DNA of 63,690 nt, filler included, from Rhabdomonas costata (lineage: Eukaryota), in the NCBI GenBank assembly GCA_019059605.1. It is 45 parts of 45 records of this genome, joined end to end, with 100 filler letters (N's around TTAATTAATTAA, not from the genome) between each part and the next. Parts side by side here need not be neighbours in the genome. Positions count along the whole stretch, not along the records: positions 11,371 to 12,686 come from JAHMHO010019605.1; positions 12,787 to 14,103 come from JAHMHO010019606.1; positions 14,204 to 15,520 come from JAHMHO010019607.1; positions 15,621 to 16,937 come from JAHMHO010019608.1; positions 17,038 to 18,354 come from JAHMHO010019609.1; positions 18,455 to 19,771 come from JAHMHO010019610.1; positions 19,872 to 21,188 come from JAHMHO010019611.1; positions 21,289 to 22,605 come from JAHMHO010019612.1; 37 more parts are not named here. One strand, written 5' to 3'. The first letter of the stretch is position 1, and the number at the start of each line of letters is the position of its first letter. This document shows positions 11,601 to 25,609 of the stretch, piece after piece. The translations under genes were made by a program, and so were the position numbers. The notes under the pieces were generated by a model. That model had not been told where the DNA came from and searched no databases. It was given only the letters and a program-made list of their open reading frames with translations.

Positions 11601-14600
11601 GAATGTTGGTGAAGACGGCAAAAGTGGATCCCACACCGCGCACCTCTGGTGCAGGATTTCAGTCAAACCCGGGTGGCAGCCGAACATAGGTTCTCGTTAA
11701 GAATGCAAAACAGGCACGAGCCACAAGTAGGTCCCGTATGAAGGCCAGCAAAGGTCCAGGCCGTTGAAAATGCGGCCAAGTCGAAAAGCACCTGCTGGTC
11801 AGAGTCAAACCAGCAAAACACCAACCCAAGTGAATGGTCCCAGCTAGAACAGGTGCTCCGGTTCGGCTCCGGTCCCAGTTAAGCAATTAAGCTGATGGCT
11901 TAACTCAAGTAGATGGTCGTACACACCACCCCAATTCTTGTGGGGAGATCCCCTGAGGATTGGCAGCAGTGTCGGAGGTTGGAAGAGAAGGACAGATGGA
12001 TGCAGCTGGCAGACCCACCAAAAATACAGAAAGAGAAATTCACATGCACCGGTGCACCACGGGGTAGAAGCAGAGAAGGTACAGGCTCTCGGCAAGGCCC
12101 TGCCACCGGTGCTCTAGCCGCTGCGACACAACGAAGAGTCTTAGCGGGGGGCCCCTCTTGGTCTTCACGAGCAGCTCCCGTCCACCTCCGCACCTGCTGC
12201 TGCAGCTGCTGGCGCCGCGGGGGCTTCCGCTGGAGCTGGCGGGGCTACCGCTTTGCCCCGAGCAATGAGGGATCCCCAGAAGCTGCTCCAGCGAAGGGTC
12301 CGGGGCTCCGGCGCCGGGTGATGGAGCCGTGGGGGAAAGTGGGGCGATCGAGGCAATCCCAGACGGGGACAACACTGAGGAAGGCGACGCTGATATCAAC
12401 GTCGACGCGGATGCGGAGGTCATGGCCGCCGAAGATCGACATGGCTCGTACAGCAGGGATCGAATGTTGCTGCGCGAGGAGGAGAATGTGGACAAAGACA
12501 GGAGATGATGTGCCACCTCTTCAGAGCAAACAGCACTTTCTCCTCGAACCACTCAAAGCGCATAGAAAATTACCCGCTGCAGCGCTGTGCAGCAGCGAAA
12601 GCTACCCCTGCTGGAGAGAGATTGCAACATGGATCACGCCAAGCGCTCAGTGCTCTTTAACACGAAACACCAACCACACCCAACACNNNNNNNNNNNNNN
12701 NNNNNNNNNNNNNNNNNNNNNNNNNNNNNNTTAATTAATTAANNNNNNNNNNNNNNNNNNNNNNNNNNNNNNNNNNNNNNNNNNNNGTGGTTTTTTATCA
12801 GGGCGGGTTGGGGGGAGGGTGGCAAGAAATGGCTGAAAAACAGAGGTGAACCACGATTGTGCAGGCAGAAGCGAGCTCAGCCTCCATATCATCATAACAC
12901 GCGCATTATGTAGAGGTACTGGGAGGAATGGGAAGCGTCAGCTCCGAAGAGAGAGATGGACACGTGAAAAAGAAAGACAGGGACTGGTGCAAAATCGAAA
13001 TTGTCAACATTATGAAAGAGGAAGGCAAAAGCCCACACGCTCAAGTCTAAGGACCACATCCATGGAAACGTTCGACTCACGGAGAGGTCCCTGGTGTCCC
13101 AAGTGTGTCCCAAGACAATCAGTGTTGGGCTGGTGCCAAAACAAGAAACTGAGAACCAGAAAAAAATAGCACAGGTAGAGATACAAAGAAAATCCTCTCG
13201 TACTCACTCACACAAACACAGACTTGGAAGCAAATGAGACCCCAAAAAAGTCTGACAATTGTTTGAGTTCTGCTTCCTGCTTCCTGCCTGGGTGGGAAGG
13301 GGTGGTTACCCCACGATGTGCAGGCCACTCGTGATGACGGGCTGGGTCCAGAGCTGCCCGGCAGTGCAGGGCAGCCCCGACGTAGATGGCGAAGCCCCGA
13401 CGCCGTCCCCGGAGGGGGGAGGAGAGGGGTGGTCCGGTACAATTTCGCGGGGGATTCTCGCACGGAAGCGGGCACCACAGCTGCAGCACAGGAAGTGGCT
13501 TGTGCCCTGTATACAGGTGAAGTCAGAGCCCCGACTTTTCATACAACAGGGTGATAATCCAGGCCAAGACAAACATATGACAAACACACAGACATGAAGA
13601 CCTTCTTCACCCGCAGCCGCCTCCAGCTCTGGACGTGAAGGCAGGGGGCTTGCGAGCCGGCCGAGTCCTTTCCATTGAGTGCGGGCGGGACAGACTTGGG
13701 AGTGGGAGTCAGAGTATTTTGACAAAGGAGCGCCATGTCTGGGGTAGAAGCCGCTCCCTTCGACCGTGGGGTCAAAGGGAGTGCACGGAAAGGCGCGAGT
13801 TGATCACCGGCATGGGCTCCTTGAGGCGGCAGAGGTCTGTTCAGACGAAGGCAGTGGGCTTCCATGCTTGATGTATTAACACGGCAGCAACTTTAGACAA
13901 GAACCAACGCACAGTGCACAGTCATGGAACCTCAGAGACGAGAAGGCCTCTGTCATCGCCACGCTAAGGGTCATCGGCACTATCGTGAAAGCAGCGCCCT
14001 CCGCTGAGAAGCAAAGGGCATCATTGTAACTGCTCAAACGAGCATTCGGCTTCGCCCTCTTTATTAACGACCAAAACACAGTGCATTTTGCCCCCCCAAC
14101 ACCNNNNNNNNNNNNNNNNNNNNNNNNNNNNNNNNNNNNNNNNNNNNTTAATTAATTAANNNNNNNNNNNNNNNNNNNNNNNNNNNNNNNNNNNNNNNNN
14201 NNNTTTTTTTGTGTTGGCACCACGATTTAATTTGATATAGCGGAAGTGCAACCACAGAAAGCGGAACCGAAAATCGAAGCTCTGCCTGCCTTTGCTGTGC
14301 AGCCGTTATCAACCCAATGCTGAATGTCTACCGCCTACAAGCATTGCCACTTCATTCCTTTCTGTCCCTCTCTGCTGTTTTGTTGACCTTTTGGGTTTTG
14401 TTTTTGTTTTTGTTTTTCGCGAAGCAAAGTGGTTCAAACGGTGGTGAGTGAGGTAGACTAATGTCGCTTGTTGAAGGGCGTGCTGTGTATGGAAATAGTG
14501 CGGGGTCCAACTTCCTCTGTTCGTGTCCGTGCTGTCAGTCAGTGAAGCAGTTTTCTATGTGATTGTTTTACAGTACTGGCCACCTGTGGAGGCAACTACT

Positions 14601-15204
14601 CCTGTCCCGAAGGCCAAACCGCCCGGCCCGCATCAACGGGCTGCACCACATGTGACATCTCACAGTGCTGCACAGGTTTGTGGTGTTCGAAGTACCAAGG
14701 TCTCAACCGAAAATGACACTCGTCCATGGGGGAGAGTTTTTTTTTTGCATATGACCAGGTTGTCTTGCCTGTTTTGGGCGATACACTGCCCTTGAGCCGT
14801 GCCAGGATTTCGCTTTTGGAACCGTTAGTTGTGTGGTGGAGGTGGTAGTGGTGGTTGCTGGTGGGGTACTTGTTGGCTGGGAGAACCCCCTTTTCCCCAC
14901 CGTTTTTAGAAAAATGGTATTTCCTACGTTGTTGAATGGTGAGAGGAGGATGGGTTTTTATATAAAGCAACCAAAAGCAGCGAAGTGTTCGTCACTCTCA
15001 CAGTGTACTGCCTTCATCGCATGACCAGAAGTTGTGTCTTGCCCGGGCTGATATGGAGGGCTCGTTGGGGCTGCGGGGGGTAACCCCCTCCCTTAATGCC
15101 AGCCCTTAAGCTTACTGGGGGACCCACCGCCCAGAATCGTGTGTGAAAGTTTGTACTCGGTTGCACTTGGCACTCAGTGCCTTTTAGTGTTATCACTCTC
15201 TCAG

Positions 15205-15321
15205 GATCAGCTCGGCCGACATGCGGGAGTGTGAGTTACCCCTGCCCCCTAGGGTATACCCTGAGCAACTCCTTCACACTGTGCCCTACGGCAGGGTGCA
15301 ACGTAACGGACTGCTGCATAG
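15205..15321 (+). CDS. Exon encoding a small Cys-rich extracellular module
   Basis: PTCGSVSYPCPLGYTLSNSFTLCPTAGCNVTDCC between a CAG acceptor and a GT donor. Confidence 0.55.
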
Positions 15322-18300
15322 GTGTTGATTCTGTGAATCCGCATCGTCTACAACTTGTGATGCTGGAAAGTTTGTGAACCGCAGAGTGGTAGCATGCTCC
15401 ACTGCATTTATCAAATGTTTAGTCTATTGCTTTAATGTTGTCTTTGATCTGATGATCAAGCACTACCAAGACGAAAAATCAGGTAGTGAGCACATTTTTG
15501 AGTTGTTGTGCTGGTTTTCANNNNNNNNNNNNNNNNNNNNNNNNNNNNNNNNNNNNNNNNNNNNTTAATTAATTAANNNNNNNNNNNNNNNNNNNNNNNN
15601 NNNNNNNNNNNNNNNNNNNNGTGTTGGGGGACAAAAGTGTCAATAGCCCAATACTGTCTTTCTGACGGTTTTCATTCTGGCAAGTTTGGACGGTTAAATT
15701 GGTTCACATTTGGTTCAAGATTTCAGCGGAAAGCGAAAGGCGTTCTTTCTGTTAACTTCTGTCACCAGAAAGAGCGAGAAATTATCCAAATCGACTCTGA
15801 TCTGAAGGCCCGCCGTGGGTCGCGTGGAGGTAGTGGGCTGGCCGCTAGGTTGTGGTTTACTTTACGGTCTGCGAACAAGTTTTGAGAGCTTCTGCCCCCC
15901 CCCCCCTTTTTTTTTGCTTGTGAAGAAACCTCCACTGGATCCGTCGGTGCGTTTCGCCAAGAAGCGCGTGGACCAACCTTATCAAGACAGCTTCCACATC
16001 TACCACCCGGAGCGCATGGTCTGTGACTGTGGTTCTGCCTTTTCATACCATATGAAGAACGCGAGCTGAACTTGCAAGCTTCAGAATGCTCCATCAGATG
16101 CATGCAACAAGAAATCAAGTTTGATACCGAAAAGCAATTCCACGCTGCACTTTTGTTCTTCCAGGAACTTTCAAGACACACTGTCACGGTCTTTACTCAA
16201 GGCGAAGGCTGAAATTGCAACTCGCGAGTTCTCCTCCTGGGAAGTTCTTGGAAGTTGGTTGCTATTGTTAGGGTTACTTTGGATTTGTTTAGGTTGGTTA
16301 GGTGCTGGCGGGTCACGTGGTCACTTTGCTCCATCTACACTTACCCAACAGGCGGCAGACGATCTGCGTGACACCGGCAGGAAAAAGCTGACTCCTAACT
16401 TTGCCTCACAGAATTTCCACGCCACTCAGCGGAAGACAACACCCCAGGTCTCTCGTTAGTTCGTTTGTTTTATCTCTTCCACCCCACCTCATCCGCACAT
16501 CAAAGGGATAATTGTTCCCACACGTCGATGAGTCAAGAAGCCACCCTCCCAACGTAAGGTCCTGGCAGCCCACCTTCGGTAACGAAGCCAAAGAAGTTTA
16601 AGAGACGGATGGCAAAAGATAGCCTTGACAGACAGAAGAGAGGGCCAGGGTACGGACAGGGTGCTTTTCACAGAATGGGCCTTTTCTTTCTTCCACAGCG
16701 AAGAAAGAAGCGCAAGATAATGGGCGGACACCCTTGGGTGAAAGGAAGACAGCGAAAGCGCAAAGGCGACGGAGGTCGAGAAGGTACCTTGAATTCATTT
16801 TTACCCTGTCACAATTGATCCATGCGTGAGACGTGAACAACAGAACAAAAGGGGACGGAGACTTGGCGAAACGGATATGTGCACAGGACAGTAGAGTCGA
16901 GTTCTGTCCCTGTTCCGCGAACGAGAACAACACAAAANNNNNNNNNNNNNNNNNNNNNNNNNNNNNNNNNNNNNNNNNNNNTTAATTAATTAANNNNNNN
17001 NNNNNNNNNNNNNNNNNNNNNNNNNNNNNNNNNNNNNGCGCGAGGCAGGACTGTGGGAGGTCGTCGACATTCCTGGGGCATGGGAGCTGGGGGAGCCTAG
17101 GCCTGCCGCGGCGGCGCCAAACTCGGGCTGGGGGAGCTTCTTGGGGGTCGCCCCCGGGATAGCCGGGAGAACAACCATGGGAAGGGCGGGTAAGTGGAAA
17201 GCAAAGTGAAGGTACAGAGAAGTTGACAAAAGAAAAGAACTGCAAATCACCCATCCCATCATCCGTAGTCCTGTCAAGTTATCCTCCCAAAGACAGGGCC
17301 AACCATGTAGCCAGCCAGCATCTGACCGCATCTTGCTCGGGCACGCATTATTACCAAGCAAACGATGCATTTCCTCATCTGCGTTTCTCTACTATCTACT
17401 TTATCTGCTCTTGACAACTTCGCAACTCTTGACTTTGTATAGGGGACTATGACTGAAAGAGATGCCTTTTATATTGCGCATCCCCCCCCCCCCGATCAAT
17501 CTGGAGATGGATACAGCGTCGATCTCCGCTATTCTATTAAAAAGTGGCAATTCATTCACAGGAACTTGCTCGATTGCCCCATTGTTCTTCTCGCATACGC
17601 ACAACGAACAGAGAAGACTGCTTTACAACACATCCTACCATCACCCAGGCCCTTTGCAAAGAAAAGGACAGCTGTCCACCAAAAGCGATAAAAAGAGAAA
17701 ACCGAGACAAAGTCAGCTATGAACAACGCGGCACCCTTTCTTTCTCGATCACCACATCCATCCAAATAGGATGTGCACAGTGCAAGCCCCAGGGACTGCT
17801 ATCCGAGGTGCTCTGTGGACCGGCTACAGACAAGGGAATCGCCGGGAAACGCTCCTAAGCAAGGTCACACGTCAACTTCCGTCGAACCTCAAACATGATC
17901 AACTCAACCCAATAACCAGTGTTGGAATCAGTCCAGTATTCCTTCTGCTTTGAATAGCTGAGCTTTTCGATAACGTTCCATGCCTCCTTGCCTACAAGCA
18001 GCATCCCGTGCAGGGAGACGAAAGCTCCTCCGAGATTCGCTCCGGCAGCTGGGGTACAATGGCAGACGATGCCGGGCTGCGTTTTTACCGCTTTGAGCGT
18101 CCCGAGGATGCGGCCGCCAGCGCAGCCTTCCGCCGCGCCATCACCTGTCTTGCCAAGCGCTGGCACTGCGAGAGGTCGCAATCGGGAATGTACTCAAAAG
18201 CCATCCCCGCCAGCTCGGTTTCCGTCTCGCACAGCATAAGGGAACTAGCAAGCACCTGTGAGGGTTTGACCATGGCACCAGATATGCTGGCAAACCGCAA

Positions 18301-19871
18301 GCACTGCTCAAGGCCCAGCTTCACGTAAACCCGTGCGGTCCCACCCACCCCCCCNNNNNNNNNNNNNNNNNNNNNNNNNNNNNNNNNNNNNNNNNNNNTT
18401 AATTAATTAANNNNNNNNNNNNNNNNNNNNNNNNNNNNNNNNNNNNNNNNNNNNGTGTGTGTTGAGAGGTTGAGTTGAGTATCGCCGTTGAGGTTGTTTA
18501 AAAAGCAGGGGAAAAGAGGCCGCGGCCGCACCGCTTCGTGACAACGGAAATATCCGCGAAACATAGCTGCACGCATTAGAGCCACCGCACAACTCGCCGA
18601 GTGGAAATCTCCATCAGCACCGAGCAGAGCCTCAACTGCAGCTGTGATAAAGCGCCTGTGTATCCCGCTGGTCCCTCAGCATTGAGCATTGAGGGGCATG
18701 GTGTCACCGCAGGTTTCAGACGTGCACCTGCAGAGCCTCACAAGTGAAGGAAGGTCTGTATGAAGAGCGCGGAGCGGGAGGCATTGCATTCGCAATTCGC
18801 GGGACAGCAGCGGACCACGCACACGTCGTCCCCCGGGCACTGCTTCGAGTTGAACGCCTCAACCTGTCACCCACCCACTCATTCAGCGCGAGTGAGCGTG
18901 TGCGGGCATTTTCCAATCACGCTCTTCGGTTGCAGGTCGCGTTGCAACCGGTTGAATCGAAGTGAAAGGAGATACCACAAACTGGTCGAATTCCTGTCTT
19001 CGGTAGAGCTTAGACACATCAACAGAAAGGCAGGGATGCGCGCCCGTGTGCGTGTGCCTGTGAACCTGATGGACGAGAGTTCATTTTTGGTGGGATATCC
19101 AGCCATCTAGCCACTAATGCATCAAGTGGGGCTTCGGACTGGAATTTTCGTCGTCCCGTTGGAGGCTGAATTGGGCGAGGAGTCTCAACCCTCCTCCTTA
19201 TTCAGTCCCGACCCTTGAGAGCGTGGCCACCTGAGTCAAAGGTTACTTACACCATTGGCTCGCCGAAAAAGTGGTTTCGACCCGGTGACCCCTCTCCCTC
19301 CCTCTCCTTCTACTGCAGACATCGGTGCCTTTCGCCAGAACGCACCGACTGAACTGCACAGCACGGGAAGAACAGCAATCGTCAAAATCCGAGCCCAAAA
19401 ATACGGACAGGAAGGGCAGCCCATGGAAGCGCTCGAGGACTGATCTATATTAATGGGCATCAGAAGGGACTGCCAAGAAAGCCTAGTGAATGGGATCCGG
19501 ATGCAGCACGGGCGAACTGCCTCTCAAGAAAATTACCTCTGCTCACGCACACCTCGAACACTGTAGGAAACGCTAGTGGCTCGAAGCACCGCGGGAATGA
19601 CGCGGAGGGAGCAGCCCGAAGGGACGAGAATCGTCCTACGGCGGAAGAAGAAAAAGAGTAGGTGACGCCTAATCTGACAGAAAAGCTCCATAGGTCGTAA
19701 GTAGCATCAGAGTCTAAAATTGCAATCGCATTGAGAGCAGAGCGAAAGACAAGGTCAGATTCAACCACCACNNNNNNNNNNNNNNNNNNNNNNNNNNNNN
19801 NNNNNNNNNNNNNNNTTAATTAATTAANNNNNNNNNNNNNNNNNNNNNNNNNNNNNNNNNNNNNNNNNNNN

Positions 19872-20700
19872 GGGGTGTGGGATCCGAACTATCGTTGTGA
19901 TGGTCCTATGTCCAAATCATGCTTGTTTTCTTGAAGATCTGGGAACGCAACGAAGCATAGTGGACCCGGGGACCAGGGCCTCCACAGAGAAGTGAATACC
20001 AAAGACCCATGTGTCCACTCCACATCGGTAAGGTACCACAGCAAGGGAATGTGCTCGAAAAAACTCGGAACTTCGGAAAACCAGGAAGCTTCGCTAACCT
20101 TATTTCCTGGAAGGCGAGGCAAGCCGCGATTTGCTGTGCAAGAATAGAAATGTGAGGTCAAAAGCCGGATAGCCTGGGAAACCATCGTGTCCCGGCATCA
20201 CCACGAAGAAAGAAGATGCACAAACTTAATAAGGGCAGCAAAGAAAAGAAAGACAAACGGCAGCCCGAAGTGGAGCGGTAGGGGCAGATCCCATGCGGAA
20301 GGGCCCTCCCAACGTATGCACCTTCCACCTTCACGCGAAAAACGCTGTCCCACTTCGGCATTAGCTCGGGGGGTGTCCAACTAAATGCGGTGCAAAAGCG
20401 GAAGGGGGAAAAAGAACGGTACAAGGACGAAACACAGACTCGCAGCTCTCAAACCCATGGCAACAGTTCCACAATGAATGGAAACAAATGCCCAAAAGGG
20501 TATCCCGCCGTACAGTTCACGCACTTGCACACGATACATTCCAGAAAGTCGGAAATCTGGAATGTATCGTAGAACGACGAGATCCGGAAAAAGACAGGGT
20601 ACGGCCCACCGTCGGCGGTGTATGAAAGTGAATGCAAACCACCTAACCTTCGGAAGAAGTCGGAAGGAAAAAACGGTGCGATGCACCGTTACCCGCGATG
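19872..20700 (-). pseudogene. Possible degenerate reverse-transcriptase relic (DIRS/YR-like)
   Basis: Frame-broken PKWDSVFRVKVEGAYVGRALPHG (cf. RT LPxG motif) and LLWYLTDV (cf. YLDD). Confidence 0.3.
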
Positions 20701-21346
20701 CCCGTGCCTCTGGACGGACACGAAGCTCCTGTTTAACAGAAAAGGCTGGTTGCATTCCGTAAAGATAAGCGGTGGAGCTGACAATTTGGGAGAGACGTAA
20801 AAGCTGTCCACGACCATGGGTACCGGCTCTTCACAGAGAAGGCTGGTTACACCTTACGAAGATTAGTTGAGTCGACTTTCTTTTTTTAGGAGAAAACAGC
20901 TGTTAGCCCATGGGTACAGAGCTCTTGGAGATCAGGAGCTGACCCAGAGCTTTGAGGGTCCGCAGCCTTACAGGAGGAGCAGACGTGCTCCCGAAGGAGA
21001 GCCCGCAAAGTGGCTGTGTGGATGGGCTTGCCCGTTGCTACCGTCATTCCGGCCTCCACGCACTGCTGCAGGGCAGCAGAGCCGCAGTGCCCGGTGACCC
21101 CAATGATGGGCACCGAGGCGTACCGCGGGTCCTGCCGGAATGACGGTAGCAACGGGCAAGCCCACCACACACCAACCACACCCAACACNNNNNNNNNNNN
21201 NNNNNNNNNNNNNNNNNNNNNNNNNNNNNNNNTTAATTAATTAANNNNNNNNNNNNNNNNNNNNNNNNNNNNNNNNNNNNNNNNNNNNTTTTGGTGGGCA
21301 CCTTCAGTGTGGTGTCGAAGTGGTTTTATACATTATGCCTGGCGCA

Positions 21347-22260
21347 GAGAAGATCCAGGAAAGTGATCCGCAGATAAGGCCTTTGGCCGAGAAGGTGGAA
21401 ATGCTGAAGAATGAGCTGCTGCAGCTCAAGAGCGATCCTACCCCCACCCTCGAGTGTGCCTGTGGGCTGCACACACACATACATCCCATCAAGTGAATCG
21501 GCGTGAAACTTGTACGGGGTCAGCAAGAGGGATAAAGTCAAAGTCAGACTCCTCGGAAGGAGTACACCGCAGAACGAGTCAACGAATCCGGGCGCATTGC
21601 CTCAACACACGCGTTACTACCGTTGCTATACTCTGCCTCTCCGATACCCTGTCCCTGTACCCTGTACCCTGCGTTTGGGCGGCGGGAACGTCAGGTTTAC
21701 GATGCCCGTAGTGTGCTCAATGCATTTGCAATGCAACGGGGATGAGGCAAAAGTCTGCTCGGCGGTGTATGACAAAAAGCTTTAGAGATCGCTTTCGAGA
21801 TAGGGTCGTATTAAATCAATTTCATCAAAAATCAAATTTGCGCCCTGTCTAGTCTCAGCTTTTGTAACCGAAAAATAACGAGTGGAGAAGGGGTTAGGGA
21901 TGCCCTCCCTCGCGGGGGAGAGGACGCGGGTGTGGTTTTTGGGCTGCGCAGCAAAGCGAGGCTGCAGGAGGTGAAGAGCGACGCTCCGCTTGGCTTTGGC
22001 GATATCCGCAAGTTGGCGCGCCGGATCTCGGAGCTCCAGGTGAGAGAGGGGGCCAGATCAAATGCCTTCCGATTCCGCGTTTTTGTATCTCTGCATTGGG
22101 CGTGTAACAGAGGAGAGGAGGGTTTCACCATAACGTGCTGTGCTTTGGCTGTATGCTTTTGCATGTTCTGCAGTCCGACACTGACACCATCAACAAGATC
22201 GTGGTGCTGATCCGCCAGAAGTGCCCCAAAGCCGCGTCGATCGTCGGCGAAGACCTCGAC
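21347..22260 (+). CDS. Coiled-coil plus extra-terminal (ET) domain protein, BET/bromodomain-factor-like; exons ~21347-21453, 21952-22039, 22174-22260
   Basis: Spliced LGFGDIRKLARRISELQ|SDTDTINKIVVLIRQKCPKAASIVGEDLD fits the ET-domain pattern; GT-AG introns are phase-consistent. Confidence 0.6.
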
Positions 22261-25200
22261 GTGTGTGAAATGCGAGAAGAGAGCGATGTAACGCAGGAGG
22301 AGGAGAAGGATAAACTTCATTGGTAATAGCAACCTTAATTATATATTGCAGGGAAATACAGACCCTGACAAAACGCAAGCCACCCAACTTTTCAGCAGAT
22401 GAACGAGGCCTGGCTTCTGGCTGAAAATCCCTCTCGGAGCAATTGTTTGCAACAACGTTGTCCTCCATGATCCTTCCTTTTTTTGCCGCTAGGGGAAACT
22501 CAGTCCTGCAAATTGGAGTGGACTGCTAAGCAAACACCAGCATTCAGCTTGTGTCATTTCACATTTTATGTTCTTTGTCACATCGACCAATGCTGACCAA
22601 CCACANNNNNNNNNNNNNNNNNNNNNNNNNNNNNNNNNNNNNNNNNNNNTTAATTAATTAANNNNNNNNNNNNNNNNNNNNNNNNNNNNNNNNNNNNNNN
22701 NNNNNTTTGTGGGAATTTCTTTTTGCACGTTACATCATTGTGCGATGCGTGGCCCGATTATGAGGTTGGGGGGTTGCAATGTGGTGGGGGTGAACGGTTA
22801 CCTGTGTTAACCGAAAAAAAGACTGAAAAGACTGCCCAGAGGACTTAAGAGAAGTGCGCTAGGGGGGCTTTAATGCCGTCGAAATATTCATTACTGTCCA
22901 TTACTGAGCTTCCTTTCACTTTTGTGAGCTGTCAATTAGGTCTCGCCTTCTTGCTGCAATCCCGAAATGGTTTATCTCTCATCTCTCAAGGTCAAGAGCT
23001 TCTTTCTTCTTCTTAAAGCAAAGACTTCTGCATCTCGTATATATGCTGTGTTGCGCAGCCGTGATCAGAGCCTCCCCTGAAGTGCCCCCCACTGCGATTA
23101 CGGTATGTTTGCTCATTTTGACCCCCCCCCCTCCACGAAAGGAGGACGAAACTAAAACATCAGTGAGTGAGAAGGAATGCTCAAAAACAAAGACGACAAA
23201 AAGCGAAAATATGCCCGCAGAGGTGTGCAGTGCGCAGCCGAACACACGGGCAAGAGTGGCGGAGGCTGCGGTGCGTGAGGAATTCTTCTGGGATTCCTTG
23301 AAGAACAGAATGGGGGAAGATCCTTTTCCTCCTTCAGGATGACGTCCTAGAACGTCCGGACAAGAATGACCAACAGCCGCCGTTCAGGTCGAGTTGTAAG
23401 TCACTGCTTACCAGCAGATCTTCTGCAAAGGCTTCCGTGCCAAAGCCAGGCGCTTCCAAGCGGCGTGATAGTGCCTTTCTCAAAACCTGGGCAGTCGCGG
23501 TGAGTGAAAAAGGTCACGGGGAACACCACTTGGTCATGGAACCGCAGCCGCAGCTCGGGAGGCTGCCAACCGGCTGACTTCCGGCCCTTAGTGGGATCTT
23601 GGGCAGAGTGGACGCGGGCTTGCCCAGGCTCTCCAAGCCATGCTTGCGACGCTCGCTGAAGGTTCGGGGCAAGGGTCCATATACATCTCGCACCTAAGCA
23701 ACAGATAGCAGGACAGTGAACCACAGGTCATGTAATTACCCATTACCATCAAGGCAGGCAAGTCAGCAGGCAGGCAGGTAGCAGGCAGATGAGCGAGCAC
23801 ATGCGAAGGAACCCAGAAAGCCAGCGAGGACACACCGACCGACAGACCGAGTTGAACAGAATGAAGAGGAAGCGGAAGCCGGAGCGAAAAACCAGGGCAG
23901 AAAAAACACCGCGAAAAGACCACCGTGTTGACGCAATGCACATACAAGTCGAAAAAAACACTGCTGGAAATGCCCACCCATTGACACGCATTAAACTTCC
24001 TTAACCACAATTAACCCACCCCNNNNNNNNNNNNNNNNNNNNNNNNNNNNNNNNNNNNNNNNNNNNTTAATTAATTAANNNNNNNNNNNNNNNNNNNNNN
24101 NNNNNNNNNNNNNNNNNNNNNNGTGGGGTGTTGTGCTTTACGGGACGGCACGGAGAGAGTGCCGTTAGTTTGGCTTTGGATGTGAAAGAAGATGGACCAG
24201 AGTTTAGCCGGTTTCTCCTGCAACAGGAGACCACATATTCCTTGCCGGCGTGCATCTGCAGTTTATCTTTCCTGCTGAAGTGAAGAAGGGGGCTGAACTT
24301 AATTGCTCAGTAGTGAGCCTAATTGGTTTGTCTTTGCGCTCCACGTTTGTCGCACAGGGATATTGTCACGACTTTGTCTCTAGCGCCAAGCGGGGTGATA
24401 CAGCGTCGGAGGTTTTTTCTGTTTTCCCGGGGTAGGTAGTGTGGATTCCATTTTGTGACTCTGTAGCCTTGTGGACCGGCAAAAGCGTGATTAAGTCAAT
24501 GAAATGATGAAAGTCATCCGCCCTTTTTCCAGCCAACGGAATTTCGCTTCTTTTACCCAGAAGTAATGGGAATGTTGGTTAGACCTGCGCTCGCTCTCAG
24601 GTTGATCAGGTTGAGTATGTTTTGGGCGTATACTTTCCAAAACGTTTGCGAGTTGCCCGTGTAGTTTGATGATTTTAGTTTTCAGTGAATGCCTTTTCCT
24701 CTGCAGCGATCTTGTCTACCTCTCCGTGTAGAATGAAGCATTGGAATTACTCCACTTCTTTTCGACAGCAAGTCCAACTGGACATGAAGGTTTTCCTCCC
24801 CATCCATTACTCTCTGTTGTCTTTGTGTTGTTTCGCTTTGGTGAGTTGTGGGGAATCCCCTCTGTCGTGTGGCGATAGGAAAGGTCAAGTGCAAACAGCG
24901 ATTGTGATCAGGACTGAAACGTGCGTTTCCCATTTTTTTACTTTAAGGTACCCCTCAGTTTATCACAGTGGGTGTCAAGTGATCCCGTGCAAAATCCGAA
25001 CTCTGTTGATCGATATCACGGGAGAGATGTTTCACTCATTTCTTCCAAGCACCTACTCGACTGAAGCGGGAAAAACACACAATCAGAACCGCTTGTGTGT
25101 TAAAACATTCAAAAGCAATTTTTGAATAGTTCTTTTCGCTTTTCTGATGGCGCTCATCATGCCCTCCATTCCTGGTTTGTCTTGTTTTGCTCAGCATCCT

Positions 25201-25609
25201 CGCTCTGCGGGTGCCGTCACAACCAGTGGTCCTGTGATGTGGTACGTATGGCAGCCACCGAGCGGTAGTGCGCCCCCCGATCCTTCCCTTGCAGCCACCT
25301 CTTCGGCCGCTGCCGCTTCTTCCACCACCACTGCGGTGGCGGCGGCTGACGTTGGGAGCATGACGGCACAGTACTCGCTGTTGCCCCAGCTGCATCAGCA
25401 GCCACTTCACCCCCACACCCCCCAAACACACCCACCACNNNNNNNNNNNNNNNNNNNNNNNNNNNNNNNNNNNNNNNNNNNNTTAATTAATTAANNNNNN
25501 NNNNNNNNNNNNNNNNNNNNNNNNNNNNNNNNNNNNNNTGAGTTGGCCAGAGGCATCCCTTAGGGTGGGTCTATGGAGAGTGTTGATAAGAATGGAGAGG
25601 TGAGTGTAC

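Noticed and set aside
11371-11630. Direct plus inverted duplication resembling a mini-element or repeat-spacer array
   Set aside because: Exact copies at a contig start with microhomology joins; this fits a template-switch chimera.
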